Assembly (NCBI RefSeq): GCF_009914755.1
Contig: NC_060948.1
Origin: the human T2T-CHM13v2.0 reference genome, Homo sapiens
Reading direction: 5' to 3' (one strand)
Length of the DNA: 64,000 nt
Position numbers and translations under genes: made by a program. The notes below the pieces were generated by a model that did no database searches, was not told where the DNA came from, and saw nothing but the letters and a program-made list of their open reading frames with translations. Of this stretch, positions 1 to 16,686 are shown piece after piece (within the stretch, counting starts at the first letter, position 1; the number at the start of each line of letters is the position of its first letter).

Positions 1-1878
1 AGCAAACACAGGGAAAATAAAAACACAAAGGTTCAATCTCTTCTGACCTTTGAAAGACACAGCACAGACAGTGGTCCTTAGGACGAAGAGCAGGAGACCC
101 CTAATTCCGTCACCATGGCGATAGGGCACAAACATTGCTGGGTGAGGGCACAATCCACATTGAGAGGTCCAACTGCTGCCAGGAAGACAGGAGTGCTTTT
201 ACATAGACCGAAAGGTCATTGAAGGCTCAGAGTTTTGTTTCAAGAACTGAATCCCAAGCCCACACGTTATTAGGCTGCGCTTCTTAAAACAAGTTATGAG
301 ATGAGAAAAAGGGCACCCACAAACATACGTATACATTATGTATATAATAATATACAGTATCATATATATAATATATATAACCTATGTATAATATTGTTTT
401 ACATCCTGCATCTTATATTATATATATTGTATAAAATATAATAATTCATAATATATAACGTTTATATTTATACAATATGACATATAGTATATATTATAAT
501 TTATGACATATATAATATATGTTATATATCATATATAGAATATATTATACGGTTAATATACGTATTAAATATAAATTATACATTATATATATTATATAAA
601 ATATATCTGTTATATATAATACCCTTTATGCATAATATATATATTATGTCTATGTTATATATAGTATAAAACAACATATAATAATATATAATTGTATATA
701 TAAAATGCGACATATAATATATATTATATTTTATGACATATGTAATATATATTATATATTATATATAATACGTTGTATGTATAATACCTATATTAAATAT
801 ATATTATATGACTATGTTATTAATTACATGTCACATATGTTATATATTATATATTTTACATAGAATATACCGGTTACATGCAATATATACTATGTTACCT
901 ATAATGTATAATTGATTACATGTAAAATAAAGAATGCAATATATTATGTATAATTTATAATATACAATATGTGGAATGTGATATATATAACATATAATAT
1001 ATGATATATGATATACAGTATATGATATATAACATACAATATATGATACCTAATATATATGGTATACAATATATATTTTATGATATGTATTCTATATGTT
1101 TTATATTCTGTTATATATAACTATTTGAAATTATATATAACTGTATAATATTTTATGCAAATATGTAATATAATATATATAACTATATAATATATTATAT
1201 ATAACTATATATTATGTTATATATACTTTTATCACATAATTTACATTAAATATCATAATATAATATATATTATATTATTTCACATTACATAATATATATT
1301 ACATATCACCCAATATAAGTAACATACATAATATTATAATATAGATTATATTATGTTATATTAAATATCATATATATCATGTATCATATATTCTATAATA
1401 TATATTACACATTATATAATATGTATGTTGTCTATTATGTGATATATATAACTATATATAATTATATTATTATACATATAACTAGATAAACATGTAATTC
1501 TACATATTTTCATTTATAATATATAGAATTATATAATCATATATAATTATTTATATTCTATAAAAAATTATATCATTATATAAATTATAATATATAAAAA
1601 TTATAATATGTACTACATATATATATTATATATCATATATGATATAGTACCTTTGTTATATATCATAATACATATAAATGTGTATTATGTTATCTATAAT
1701 TATATAATTTCATATATAAGTTGTATAATATGTATCAAATATTATATATGTGTGTAATATATATAGTATATATAAGCTGACACAGGATAAATATTATATA
1801 CTATGACATATAAAATATATGAGGTTATATGTTACATATAAGGCATAGCACATAACATGTAATATATATCATATATAA

Positions 1879-2170
1879 TTTTTTTTTAGACAGAGTCTTG
1901 TCCTGTTGCACAGGGTGGGGTACAATGGCGCCATCTTTGCTCACTGCAACATCTGCCTCAAGGGTCCAAGCGATTGGCCTCCCTCAGCCTCCCAGGTAGC
2001 TGGGACTACACCACACTGGGACTACAGCAGCTGCCACCATGCCTAGCTAATTTTTTGGATTTTTAGTAGTGACAGCGTTTCACTGTATTGGCCAGGATGG
2101 TCTTGATCTCTTCACCTTGTGATCCCCTTGCCTTGGCCTCCAAATTTGCTGGGATTACAGGCCTGAGCCA
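1879..2170 (-). mobile_element. Alu SINE relic (AluSc/AluY-like, 5'-clipped), copy 1
   Basis: T9 tail, then agacagagtcttg...ctcactgcaac...cctcagcctccc...gctaattttttggatttttagtag...gctgggattacaggcctgagcca. Matches the reverse-complement Alu consensus and lacks the first ~12 nt. Copies were amplified with the satellite and are not independent insertions. Confidence 0.95.
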
Positions 2171-2740
2171 AGATCCATATTTTTTAAATGAAAAAAAATT
2201 TCAAAGGTACTCTGCTTGGTACAATAATCAAATGTATAAACTGAGGAATAAAACATAACCATGAAACCTACTTATAACTGCATATGGAAAATACAGAGGA
2301 TAATTTTTTAAATAACATATTTTGAAAGCCTTAACTAGTAATTTGAAGAGTTGGCATTTGAAAGGCCAGTATGAATATACCTTCAAAGCAGCAACACAGG
2401 ATCCCCATGAGAAAAAGCAAACAAAGGGAAAATAAAAACACAAAGGTTCAATCTCTTCTGACCTTTGAAAGACACAGCACAGACAGTGGTCCTTAGGACG
2501 AAGAGCAGGAGACCCCTAATTCCGTCACCATGGCGATAGGGCATAAACATTGCTGGGTGAGGGCACAATCCACATTGTGAGGTCCAACTGCTGCTAGGAA
2601 GACAGGAGTGCTTTTACATAGACCGAAAGGTCATTGAAGGCTCAGAGTTTTGTTTCAAGAACTGAATCCCAAGCCCACACGTTATTAGGCTGCACTTCTT
2701 AAAACAAGTTATGAGATGGGAAAAAGGGCACCCACAAACA
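2171..2740. repeat. HSATI-type mixed-composition segment of the unit (representative copy; follows every complete Alu; partial copy at 1-325)
   Basis: Seen: ~570 bp of non-Alu, non-simple sequence from agatccatat to gggcacccacaaaca, repeated at each period. The name comes from recall of DYZ2 structure, not a database search; boundaries are approximate. Confidence 0.75.
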
Positions 2741-4298
2741 TACGTATACATTATGTATATAATAATATACAGTATCATATATTTAATATATATAACCTAT
2801 GTATAATATTGTTTTACATCCTGCATCTTATGTTATGTATATTGTATAAAATATAGTAATTGATAATATATAAGTTTTATATTTATACAATATGACATAT
2901 AGTATATATTATAATTTATGACATATATAATATATGTTATATATCATATATAGAATATATTATACGGTTAATATACGTATTAAATATAAATTATACATTA
3001 TATATATTATATATAATATATCTGTTATATATAATACCCATTATGCATAATATATATATTATGTCTACGTTATATATAGTATAAAACAACATATAATAAT
3101 ATATAATAGTATATATAAAATGCGACATATAATATATATTATATTTTATAACATATGTAATATATATTATATATTATATATAATACGTTGTATGTATAAT
3201 ACCTATATTAAATATATATTATATGACTATGTTATTAATTACATGTCACATGTGTTATATATTATATATTTTACATAGAATATACCGGTTACATACAATA
3301 TATACTATGTTACCTATAATGTATAATTTATTACATGTAAAATAAAGAATGCAATATATTATGTATAATTTATAATATACAATATGTGGAATGAGATATA
3401 TATAACATATAATATATGATATATGATATACAGTATATGATATATAACATACAATATATGATTCCTAATATATATGGTATACAATATATATTTTATGATA
3501 TGTATTCTATATGTTTTATATTCTGTTATATATAACTATTTGAAATTATATATAACTGTATAATATTTTATGTAAATATGTAATATAATATATATAACTA
3601 TATAATATATTATATATAACTATATATTATGTTATATACACTTTTATAACATAATTTACATAAAATATCATAATATAATATATATTATATTATTTCATAT
3701 TACATAATATATATTACATATCACCCAATATAACTAACATACATAATATTATAATATAGATTATATTATGTTATATGAAATATCATATATATCATGTATC
3801 ATATATTCTATAATATATATTACACATTATAAAATATGTATGTTGTCTATTATGTGATATATATAACTCTATATATAATTATATTATTATACATATAACT
3901 AGATAAACATGTAATTCTACATATTTTCATTTATAATATGTAGAATTATATAATCATATATAATTATTTATATTCTATAAAAAATTTTATCATTATATAA
4001 ATTATAATATATAAAAATTATAATATGTACTACAAATATATATATTATATATCATATATGATATAGTACCTTTGTTATATATCATAATACATATAAATGT
4101 GTATTATGTTATCTATAATTATATAATTTCATATATAAGATGTATAATATGTATCATATATTATATATGTTATGTAATATATATAGTATATATAAGATGA
4201 CACAGGATAAATATTATATACTATGACATATAAAATATATGAGGTTATATGTTACATATAAGGCATAGCACATAACATGTAATATATACCATATATAA
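2741..4298. repeat. AT-rich degenerate (TA)n-like low-complexity segment of the unit (representative copy, ~1,558 bp)
   Basis: Seen: almost entirely A/T, built from tatata/ataat/attat motifs with sparse G/C interruptions; near-identical among core units. Confidence 0.95.
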
Positions 4299-4590
4299 TT
4301 TTTTTTTAGACAGAATCTTGTCCTGTTGCACAGGGTGGGGTACAATGGCGCCATCTTTGCTCACTGCAACTTCTGCCTCACGGGTCCAAGCGATCGTCCT
4401 CCCTTAGCCTCCCAGGTAGCTGGGACTACACCACACTGGGACTACACCAGCTGCCACCATGCCTAGCTAATTTTTTGGATTTTTAGTAGTGACAGCGTTT
4501 CACTGTATTGGCCAGGATGGTCTTGATCTCTTCACCTTGTGATCTCCTTGCCTTGGCCTCCAAATTTGCTGGGATTACAGGCCTGAGCCA
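4299..4590 (-). mobile_element. Alu relic, copy 2
   Basis: Same antisense Alu as copy 1, one period on. Confidence 0.95.
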
Positions 4591-6695
4591 AGATCCATAT
4601 TTTTTAAATGAAAAAAAATTTCAAAGGTACTCTGCTTGGTACAATAATCAAATGTATAAACTGAGGAATAAAACATAACCATGAAACCTACTTATAACTG
4701 CATATGGAAAATACAGAGGATAATTTTTTAAATAACATATTTTGAAAGCCTTAACTAGTAATTTGAAGAGTTGGCATTTGAAAGGCCAGTATGAATATAC
4801 CTTCAAAGCAGCAACACAGGTTCCCCATGAGAAAAAGCAAACACAGGGAAAATAAAAACACAAAGGTTCAATCTCTTCTGACCTTTGAAAGACACAGCAC
4901 AGACAGTGGTCCTTAGGACGAAGAGCAGGAGACCCCTAATTCCGTCACCATGGCGATAGGGCATAAACATTGCTGGGTGAGGGCACAATCCACATTGTGA
5001 GGTCCAACTGCTGCCAGGAAGACAGGAGTGCTTTTACATAGACCGAAAGGTCATTGAAGGCTCAGAGTTTTGTTTCAAGAACTGAATCCCAAGCCCACAC
5101 GTTATTAGGCTGCGCTTCTTAAAACAAGTTATGAGATGGGAAAAAGGGCACCCACAAACATACGTATACATTATGTATATAATAATATACAGTATCATAT
5201 ATATAATATATATAACCTATGTATAATATTGTTTTACATCCTGCATCTTATGTTATATATATTGTATAAAATATAATAATTGATAATATATAAGTTTTAT
5301 ATTTATACAATATGACATATAGTATATATTATAATTTATGACATATATAATATATGTTATATGTCATATATAGAATATATTATACGGTTAATATACGTAT
5401 TAAATATAAATTATACATTATATATATTATATATAATATATCTGTTATATATAATAACCATTATGCATAATATATATATTATGTCTACGTTATATATAGT
5501 ATAAAACAACATATAATAATATATAATTGTATATATAAAATGCGACATAGAATATATATTATATTTTATAACATATGTAATATATATTATATATTATATA
5601 TAATACGTTGTATGTATAATACCTATATTAAATATATATTATATGACTATGTTATTAATTACATGTCACATGTGTTATATATTATATATTTTACATAGAA
5701 TATACCGGTTACATACAATATACACTATGTTACCTATAATGTATAATTTATTACATGTAAAATAAAGAATGCAATATATTATGTATAATTTATAATATAC
5801 AATATGTGGAATGTGATATATATAACATATAATATATGATATATGATATACAGTATATGATATATAACATACAATATATGATTCCTAATATATATGGTAT
5901 ACAATATATATTTTATGATATGTATTCTATATGTTTTATATTCTGTTATATATAACTAGTTGAAATTATATAGAACTGTATAATATTTTATGTAAATATG
6001 TAATATAATATATATAACTATATAATATATTATATATAACTATATATTATGTTATATATACTTTTATAACATAATTTACATAAAATATCATAACGTAATA
6101 TATATTATATTATTTCATATTACATAATATATATTACATATCACCCAATATAACTAACATACATAATATTATAATATAGATTATATTATGTTATATTAAA
6201 TATCATATATATCATGTATCATATATTCTATAATATATATTACACATTATATAATATGTATGTTGTCTATTATGTGATATATATAACTATATATATAATT
6301 ATATTTTTATACATATAACTAGATAAACATGTAATTCTACATTTTTTCATTTATAATATGTAGAATTATATAATCATATATAATTATTTATATTCTATAA
6401 AAAATTTTATCATTATATAAATTATAATATATAAAAATTATAATATGTACTACAAATATATATATTATATATCATATATGATATAGTACCTTTGTTATAT
6501 ATCATAATACATATAAATGTGTATTATGTTATCTATAATTATATAATTTCATATATAAGATGTATAATATGTATCATATATTATATATGTTATGTAATAT
6601 ATATAGTATATATAAGATGACACAGGATAAATATTATATACTATGACATATAAAATATATGAGGTTATATGTTACATATAAGGCATAGCACATAA

Positions 6696-7010
<315 letters not shown>

Positions 7011-9113
7011 AGATCCGTATTTTTTAAATGAAAAAAAATTTCAAAGGTACTCTGCTTGGTACAATAATCAAATGTATAAACTGAGGAATAAAACATAACC
7101 ATGAAACCTACTTATAACTGCATATGGAAAATACAGAGGATAATTTTTTAAATAACATATTTTGAAAGCCTTAACTAGTAATTTGAAGAGTTGGCATTTG
7201 AAAGGCCAGTATGAATATACCTTCAAAGCAGCAACACAGGTTCCCCATGAGAAAAAGCAAACACAGGGAGAATAAAAACACAAAGGTTCAATCTCTTCTG
7301 ACCTTTGAAAGACACAGCACAGACAGTGGTCCTTAGGACGAAGAGCAGGAGACCCCTAATTCCGTCACCATGGCGATAGGGCATAAACATTGCTGGGTGA
7401 GGGCACAATCCACATTGTGAGGTCCAACTGCTGCCAGGAAGACAGGAGTGCTTTTACATAGACCGAAAGGTCATTGAAGGCTCAGAGTTTTGTTTCAAGA
7501 ACTGAATCCCAAGCCCACGCGTTATTAGGCTGCGCTTCTTAAAACAAGTTATGAGATGGGAAAAATGGCACCCACAAACATACGTATACATTATGTATAT
7601 AATAATATACAGTATCATATATATAATATATATAACCTATGTATAATATTGTTTTACATCCTGCATCTTATGTTATATATATTGTATAAAATATAATAAT
7701 TGATAATATATAAGTTTTATAATTATACAATATGACATATAGTATATATTATAATTTATGACATATATAATATATGTTATATATCATACATAGAATATAT
7801 TATACGGTTAATATACGTATTAAATATAAATTATACATTATATATATTATATATAATATATCTGTTATATATAATACCCATTATGCATAATATATATATT
7901 ATGTCTATGTTATATATAGTATAAAACAACATATAATAATATATAATTGTATATATAAAATGCGACATAGAATATATATTATATTTTATAAAATATGTAA
8001 TATATATTATATATTATATATAATACGTTGTATGTATAATACCTATATTAAATATATATTATATGACTATGTTATTAATTACATGTCACATGTGTTATAT
8101 ATTATATATTTTACATAGAATATACCGGTTACATACAATATATACTATGTTACCTATAATGTATAATTTATTACATGTAAAATAAAGAATGCAATATATT
8201 ATGTATGATTTATAATATACAATATGTGGAATGTGATATATGTAACATATAATATATGATATATGATATACAGTATATGATATATAACATACAATATATG
8301 ATTCCTAATATATATGGTATACAATATATATTTTATGATATGTATTCTATATGTTTTATATTCTGTTATATATAACTATTTGAAATTATATATAACTGTA
8401 TAATATTTTATGTAAATATGTAATGTAATATATAACTATATAATATATTATATATAACTATATATTATGTTATATATACTTTTATAACATAATTTACATA
8501 AAATATCATAATATAATATATATTATATTATTTCATATTACATAATATATATTACATATCAACCAATATAACTAACATACATAATATTATAATATAGATT
8601 ATATTATGTTATATTAAATATCATATATATCATGTATCATATATTCTATAATATATATTACACATTATATAATATGTATGTTGTCTATTATGTGATATAT
8701 ATAACTATATATATAATTATATTTTTATACATATAACTAGATAAACATGTAATTCTACATATTTTCATTTATAATGTGTAGAATTATATAATCATATATA
8801 ATTATTTATATTCTATAAAAAATTTTATCATTATATAAATTATAATATATAAAAATTATAATATGTACTACAAATATATATATTATATATCATATATGAT
8901 ATAGTACCTTTGTTATATATCATAATACATATAAATGTGTATTATGTTATCTATAATTATATAATTTCATATATAAGATGTATAATATGTGTCATATATT
9001 ATATATGTTATGTAATATATATAGTATATATAAGATGACACAGGATAAATATTATATACTATGACATATAAAATATATGAGGTTATATGTTACATATAAG
9101 GCATAGCACATAA

Positions 9114-9428
<315 letters not shown>

Positions 9429-11533
9429 AGATCCGTATTTTTTAAATGAAAAAAAATTTCAAAGGTACTCTGTTTGGTACAATAATCAAATGTATAAACT
9501 GAGGAATAAAACATAACCATGAAACCTACTTATAACTGCATATGGAAAATACAGAGGATAATTTTTTAAATAACATATTTTGAAAGCCTTAACTAGTAAT
9601 TTGAAGAGTTGGCATTTGAAAGGCCAGTATGAATATACCTTCAAAGCAGCAACACAGGTTCCCCATGAGAAAAAGCAAACACAGGGAGAATAAAAACACA
9701 AAGGTTCAATCTCTTCTGACCTTTGAAAGACACAGCACAGACAGTGGTCCTTAGGACGAAGAGCAGGAGACCCCTAATTCCGTCACCATGGCGATAGGGC
9801 ATAAACATTGCTGGGTGAGGGCACAATCCACATTGTGAGGTCCAACTGCTGCCAGGAAGACAGGAGTGCTTTTACATAGACCGAAAGGTCATTGAAGGCT
9901 CAGAGTTTTGTTTCAAGAACTGAATCCCAAGCCCACACGTTATTAGGCTGCGCTTCTTAAAACAAGTTATGAGATGGGAAAAAGGGCACCCACAAACATA
10001 CGTATACATTATGTATATAATAATATACAGTATCATATATATAATATATATAACCTATGTATAATATTGTTTTACATCCTGCATCTTATGTTATATATAT
10101 TGTATAAAATATAATAATTGATAATATATAAGTTTTATAATTATACAATATGACATATAGTATATATTATAATTTATGACATATATAATATATGTTATAT
10201 ATCATATATAGAATATATTATACGGTTAATATACGTATTAAATATAAATTATACCTTATATATATTATATATAATATATCTGTTATATATAATACCCATT
10301 ATGCATAATATATATATTATGTCTATGTTATATATAGTATAAAACAACATATAATAATATATAATTGTATATATAAAATGCGACATAGAATATATATTAT
10401 AATTTATAACATATGTAATATATATTATATATTATATATAATACGTTGTATGTATAATACCTATATTAAATATATATTATATGACTATGTTATTAATTAC
10501 ATGTCACATGTGTTATATATTATATATTTTACATAGAATATACCGGTTACATACAATATATACTATGTTACCTATAATGTATAATTGATTACATGTAAAA
10601 TAAACAATGCAATATATTATGTATGATTTATAATATACAATATGTGGAATGTGATATATATATCATATAATATATGATATATGATATACAGTATATGATA
10701 TATAACATACAATATATGATTCCTAATATATATGGTATACAATATATATTTTATGATATGTATTCTATATGTTTTATATTCTGTTATATATAACTAGTTG
10801 AAATTATATATAACTGTATAATATTTTATGTAAATATGTAATATAATATATATAACTATATAATATATTATATATAACTATATATTATGTTATATATACT
10901 TTTATAACATAATTTACATAAAATATCATAACGTAATATATATTATATTATTTCATATTACATAATATATATTACATATCACCCAATATAACTAACATAC
11001 ATAATATTATAATATAGATTATATTATGTTATATTAAATATCATATATATCATGTATCATATATTCTATAATATATATTACACATTATATAATATGTATG
11101 TTGTCTATTATGTGATATATATAACTCTATATATAATTATATTTTTATACATATAACTAGATAAACATGTAATTCTACATATTTTCATTTATAATATGTA
11201 GAATTATATAATCATATATAATTTTTTATATTCTATAAAAAATTATATCATTACATAAATTATAATATATAAAAATTATAATATGTACTACAAATATATA
11301 TATTATATATCATATATGATATAGTACCTTTGTTATATATCATAATACATATAAATGTGTATTATGTTATCTATAATTATATAATTTCATATATAAGATG
11401 TATAATATGTATCATATATTATATATGTTATGTAATATATATAGTATATATAAGATGACACAGGATAAATATTATATACTATGACATATAAAATATATGA
11501 GGTTATATGTTACATATAAGGCATAGCACATAA

Positions 11534-11848
<315 letters not shown>

Positions 11849-13953
11849 AGATCCGTATTTTTTAAATGAAAAAAAATTTCAAACGTACTCTGCTTGGTAC
11901 AATAATCAAATGTATAAACTGAGGAATAAAACATAACCATGAAACCTACTTATAACTGCATATGGAAACTACAGAGGATAATTTTTTAAATAACATATTT
12001 TGAAAGCCTTAACTAGTAATTTGAAGAGTTGGCATTTGAAAGGCCAGTATGAATATACCTTCAAAGCAGCAACACAGGTTCCCCATGAGAAAAAGCAAAC
12101 ACAGGGAAAATAAAAACACAAAGGTTCAATCTCTTCTGACCTTTGAAAGACACAGCACAGACAGTGGTCCTTAGGACGAAGAGCAGGAGACCCCTAATTC
12201 CGTCACCATGGCGATAGGGCATAAACATTGCTGGGTGAGGGCACAATCCACATTGTGAGGTCCAACTGCTGCCAGGAAGACAGGAGTGCTTTTACATAGA
12301 CCGAAAGGTCATTGAAGGCTCAGAGTTTTGTTTCAAGAACTGAATCCCAAGCCCACGCGTTATTAGGCTGCGCTTCTTAAAACAAGTTATGAGATGGGAA
12401 AAAGGGCACCCACAAACATACGTATACATTATGTATATAATAATATACAGTATCATATATATAATATATATAACCTATGTATAATATTGTTTTACATCCT
12501 GCATCTTATGTTATATATATTGTATAAAATATAATAATTGATAATATATAAGTTTTATAATTATACAATATGACATATAGTATATATTATAATTTATGAC
12601 ATATATAATATATGTTATATATCATATATAGAATATATTATACGGTTAATATACGTATTAAATTTAAATTATACATTATATATATTATATATAATATATC
12701 TGTTATATATAATACCCATTATGCATAATATATATATTATGTCTATGTTATATATAGTATAAAACAACATATAATAATATATAATTGTATATATAAAATG
12801 CGACATAGAATATATATTATATTTTATAACATATGTAATATATATTATATATTATATATAATACGTTGTATGTATAATACCTATATTAAATATATATTAT
12901 ATGACTATGTTATTAATTACATGTCACATGTGTTATATATTATATATTTTACATAGAATATACCGGTTACATACAATATATACTATGTTACCTATAATGT
13001 ATAATTGATTACATGCAAAATAAAGAATGCAATATATTATGTATAATTTATAATATACAATATGTGGAATGTGATATATGTAACATATAATATATGATAT
13101 ATGATATACAGTATATGATATATAACATACAATATATGATTCCTAATATATATGGTATACAATTTATATTTTATGATATGTATTCCATATGTTTTATATT
13201 CTGTTATATATAACTATTTGAAATTATATATAACTGTATAATATTTTATGTAAATATGTAATATAATATATATAACTATATAATATATTATATATAACTA
13301 TATATTATGTTATATATACTTTTATAACATAATTTACATAAAATATCATAATATAATATATATTATATTATTTCATATTACATAATATATATTACATATC
13401 ACCCAATATAACTAACATACATAATATTATAATATAGATTATATTATATTATATTAAATATGATATATATCATGTATCATATATTCTATAATATATATTA
13501 CACATTATATAATATGTATGTTGTCTATTATGTGATATATATAACTATATATATAATTATATTTTTATACATATAACTAGATAAACATGTAATTTTACAT
13601 ATTTTCATTTATAATATGTAGAATTATATAATCATATATAATTATTTATATTCTATAAAAAATTTTATCATTATATAAATTATAATATATAAAAATTATA
13701 ATATGTACTACAAATATATATATTATATATCATATATGATATAGTACCTTTGTTATATATCATAATACATATAAATGTGTATTATGTTATCTATAATTAT
13801 ATAATTTCATATATAAGATGTATAATATGTATCATATATTATATATGTTATGTAATATATATAGTATATATAAGATGACACAGGATAAATATTATATACT
13901 ATGACATATAAAATATATGAGGTTATATGTTACATATAAGGCATAGCACATAA

Positions 13954-14268
<315 letters not shown>

Positions 14269-16394
14269 AGATCCGTATTTTTTAAATGAAAAAAAATTTC
14301 AAAGGTACTCTGCTTGGTACAATAATCAAATGTATAAACTGAGGAATAAAACATAACCATGAAACCTACTTATAACTGCATATGGAAAATACAGAGGATA
14401 ATTTTTTAAATAACATATTTTGAAAGCCTTAACTAGTAATTTGAAGAGTTGGCATTTGAAAGGCCAGTATGAATATACCTTCAAAGCAGCAACACAGGTT
14501 CCCCATGAGAAAAAGCAAACACAGGGAGAATAAAAACACAAAGGTTCAATCTCTTCTGACCTTTGAAAGACACAGCACAGACAGTGGTCCTTAGGACGAA
14601 GAGCAGGAGACCCCTAATTCCGTCACCATGGCGATAGGGCATAAACATTGCTGGGTGAGGGCACAATCCACATTGTGAGGTCCAACTGCTGCCAGGAAGA
14701 CAGGAGTGCTTTTACATAGACCGAAAGGTCATTGAAGGCTCAGAGTCTTGTTTCAAGAACTGAATCCCAAGCCCACGCGTTATTAGGCTGCGCTTCTTAA
14801 AACAAGTTATGAGATGGGAAAAAGGGCACCCACAAACATACGTATACATTATGTATATAATAATATACAGTATCATATATATAATATATATAACCTATGT
14901 ATAATATTGTTTTACATCCTGCATCTTATGTTATATATATTGTATAAAATATAATAATAGATAATATATAAGTTTTATAATTATACAATATGACATATAG
15001 TATATATTATAATTTATGACATATATAATATATGTTATATATCATATATAGAATATATTATACGGTTAATATACGTATTAAATATAAATTATACATTATA
15101 TATATTATATATAATATATCTGTTATATATAATACCCATTATGCATAATATATATATTATGTCTATGTTATATATAGTATAAAACAACATATAATAATAT
15201 ATAATTGTATATATAAAATGCGACATAGAATATATATTATATTTTATAAAATATGTAATATATATTATATATTATATATAATACGTTGTATGTATAATAC
15301 CTATATTAAATATATATTATATGACTATGTTATTAATTACATGTCACATGTGTTATATATTATATATTTTACATAGAATATACCGGTTACATACAATATA
15401 TACTATGTTACATATAATGTATAATTTATTACATGTAAAATAAAGAATGCAATATATTATGTATGATTTATAATATACAATATGTGGAATGTGATATATG
15501 TAACATATAATATATGATATATGATATACAGTATATGATATATAACATACAATATATGATTCCTAATATATATGGTATACAATATATATTTTATGATATG
15601 TATTCTATATGTTTTATATTCTGTTATATATAACTATTTGAAATTATATATAACTGTATAATATTTTATGTAAATATGTAATGTAATATATAACTATATA
15701 ATATATTATATATAACTATATATTATGTTATATATACTTTTATAACATAATTTACATAAAATATCATAATATAATATATATTATATTATTTCATATTACA
15801 TAATATATATTACATATCAACCAATATAACTAACATACATAATATTATAATATAGATTATATTATGTTATATTAAATATCATATATATCATGTATCATAT
15901 ATTCTATAATATATATTACACATTATATAATATGTATGTTGTCTATTATGTGATATATATAACTATATATATAATTATATTTTTATACATATAACTAGAT
16001 AAACATGTAATTCTACATATTTTCATTTATAATATGTAGAATTATATAATCATATATAATTATTTATATTCTATAAAAAATTTTATCATTATATAAATTA
16101 TAATATATAAAAATTATAATATGTACTACAAATATATATATTATATATCATATATGATATAGTACCTTTGTTATATATCATAATACATATAAATGTGTAT
16201 TATGTTATCTATAATTATATAATTTCATATATAAGATGTATAATATGTATCATATATTATATATGTTATGTAATATATATAGTATATATAAGATGACACA
16301 GGATAAATATTATATACTATGACATATAAAATATATGAGGTTATATGTTACATATAAGGCATAGCACATAACATGTAATATATATCATATATAA

Positions 16395-16686
16395 TTTTTT
16401 TTTAGACAGAATCTTGTCCTGTTGCACAGGGAGGGGTACAATGGCGCCATCTTTGCTCACTGCAACTTCTGCCTCACGGGTCCAAGCGATTGTCCTCCCT
16501 CAGCCTCCCAGGTAGCTGGGACTACACCACACTGGGACTACAGCAGCTGCCACCATGCCTAGCTAATTTTTTGGATTTTTAATAGTGACAGCGTTTCACT
16601 GTATTGGCCAGGATGGTCTTGATCTCTTCACCTTGTGATCCCCTTGCCTTGGCCTCCAAATTTGCTGGGATTACAGGCCTGAGCCA
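16395..16686 (-). mobile_element. Alu relic, copy 7
   Basis: Same antisense Alu, one period on. Confidence 0.95.

Noticed and set aside
1879-2170. Active Alu or Pol III ncRNA gene
   Set aside because: The 5' end is clipped at the A-box region, the B-box region is mutated (gagatcaagac), CpGs are decayed and the tail is only 9 nt. Sequence alone gives no evidence of transcription.
2741-4298. TATA boxes, polyadenylation signals or a long PATRR-type palindrome in the AT segment
   Set aside because: Such motifs and short palindromes are expected by chance at this composition, and I could not see a long perfect inverted repeat by eye.
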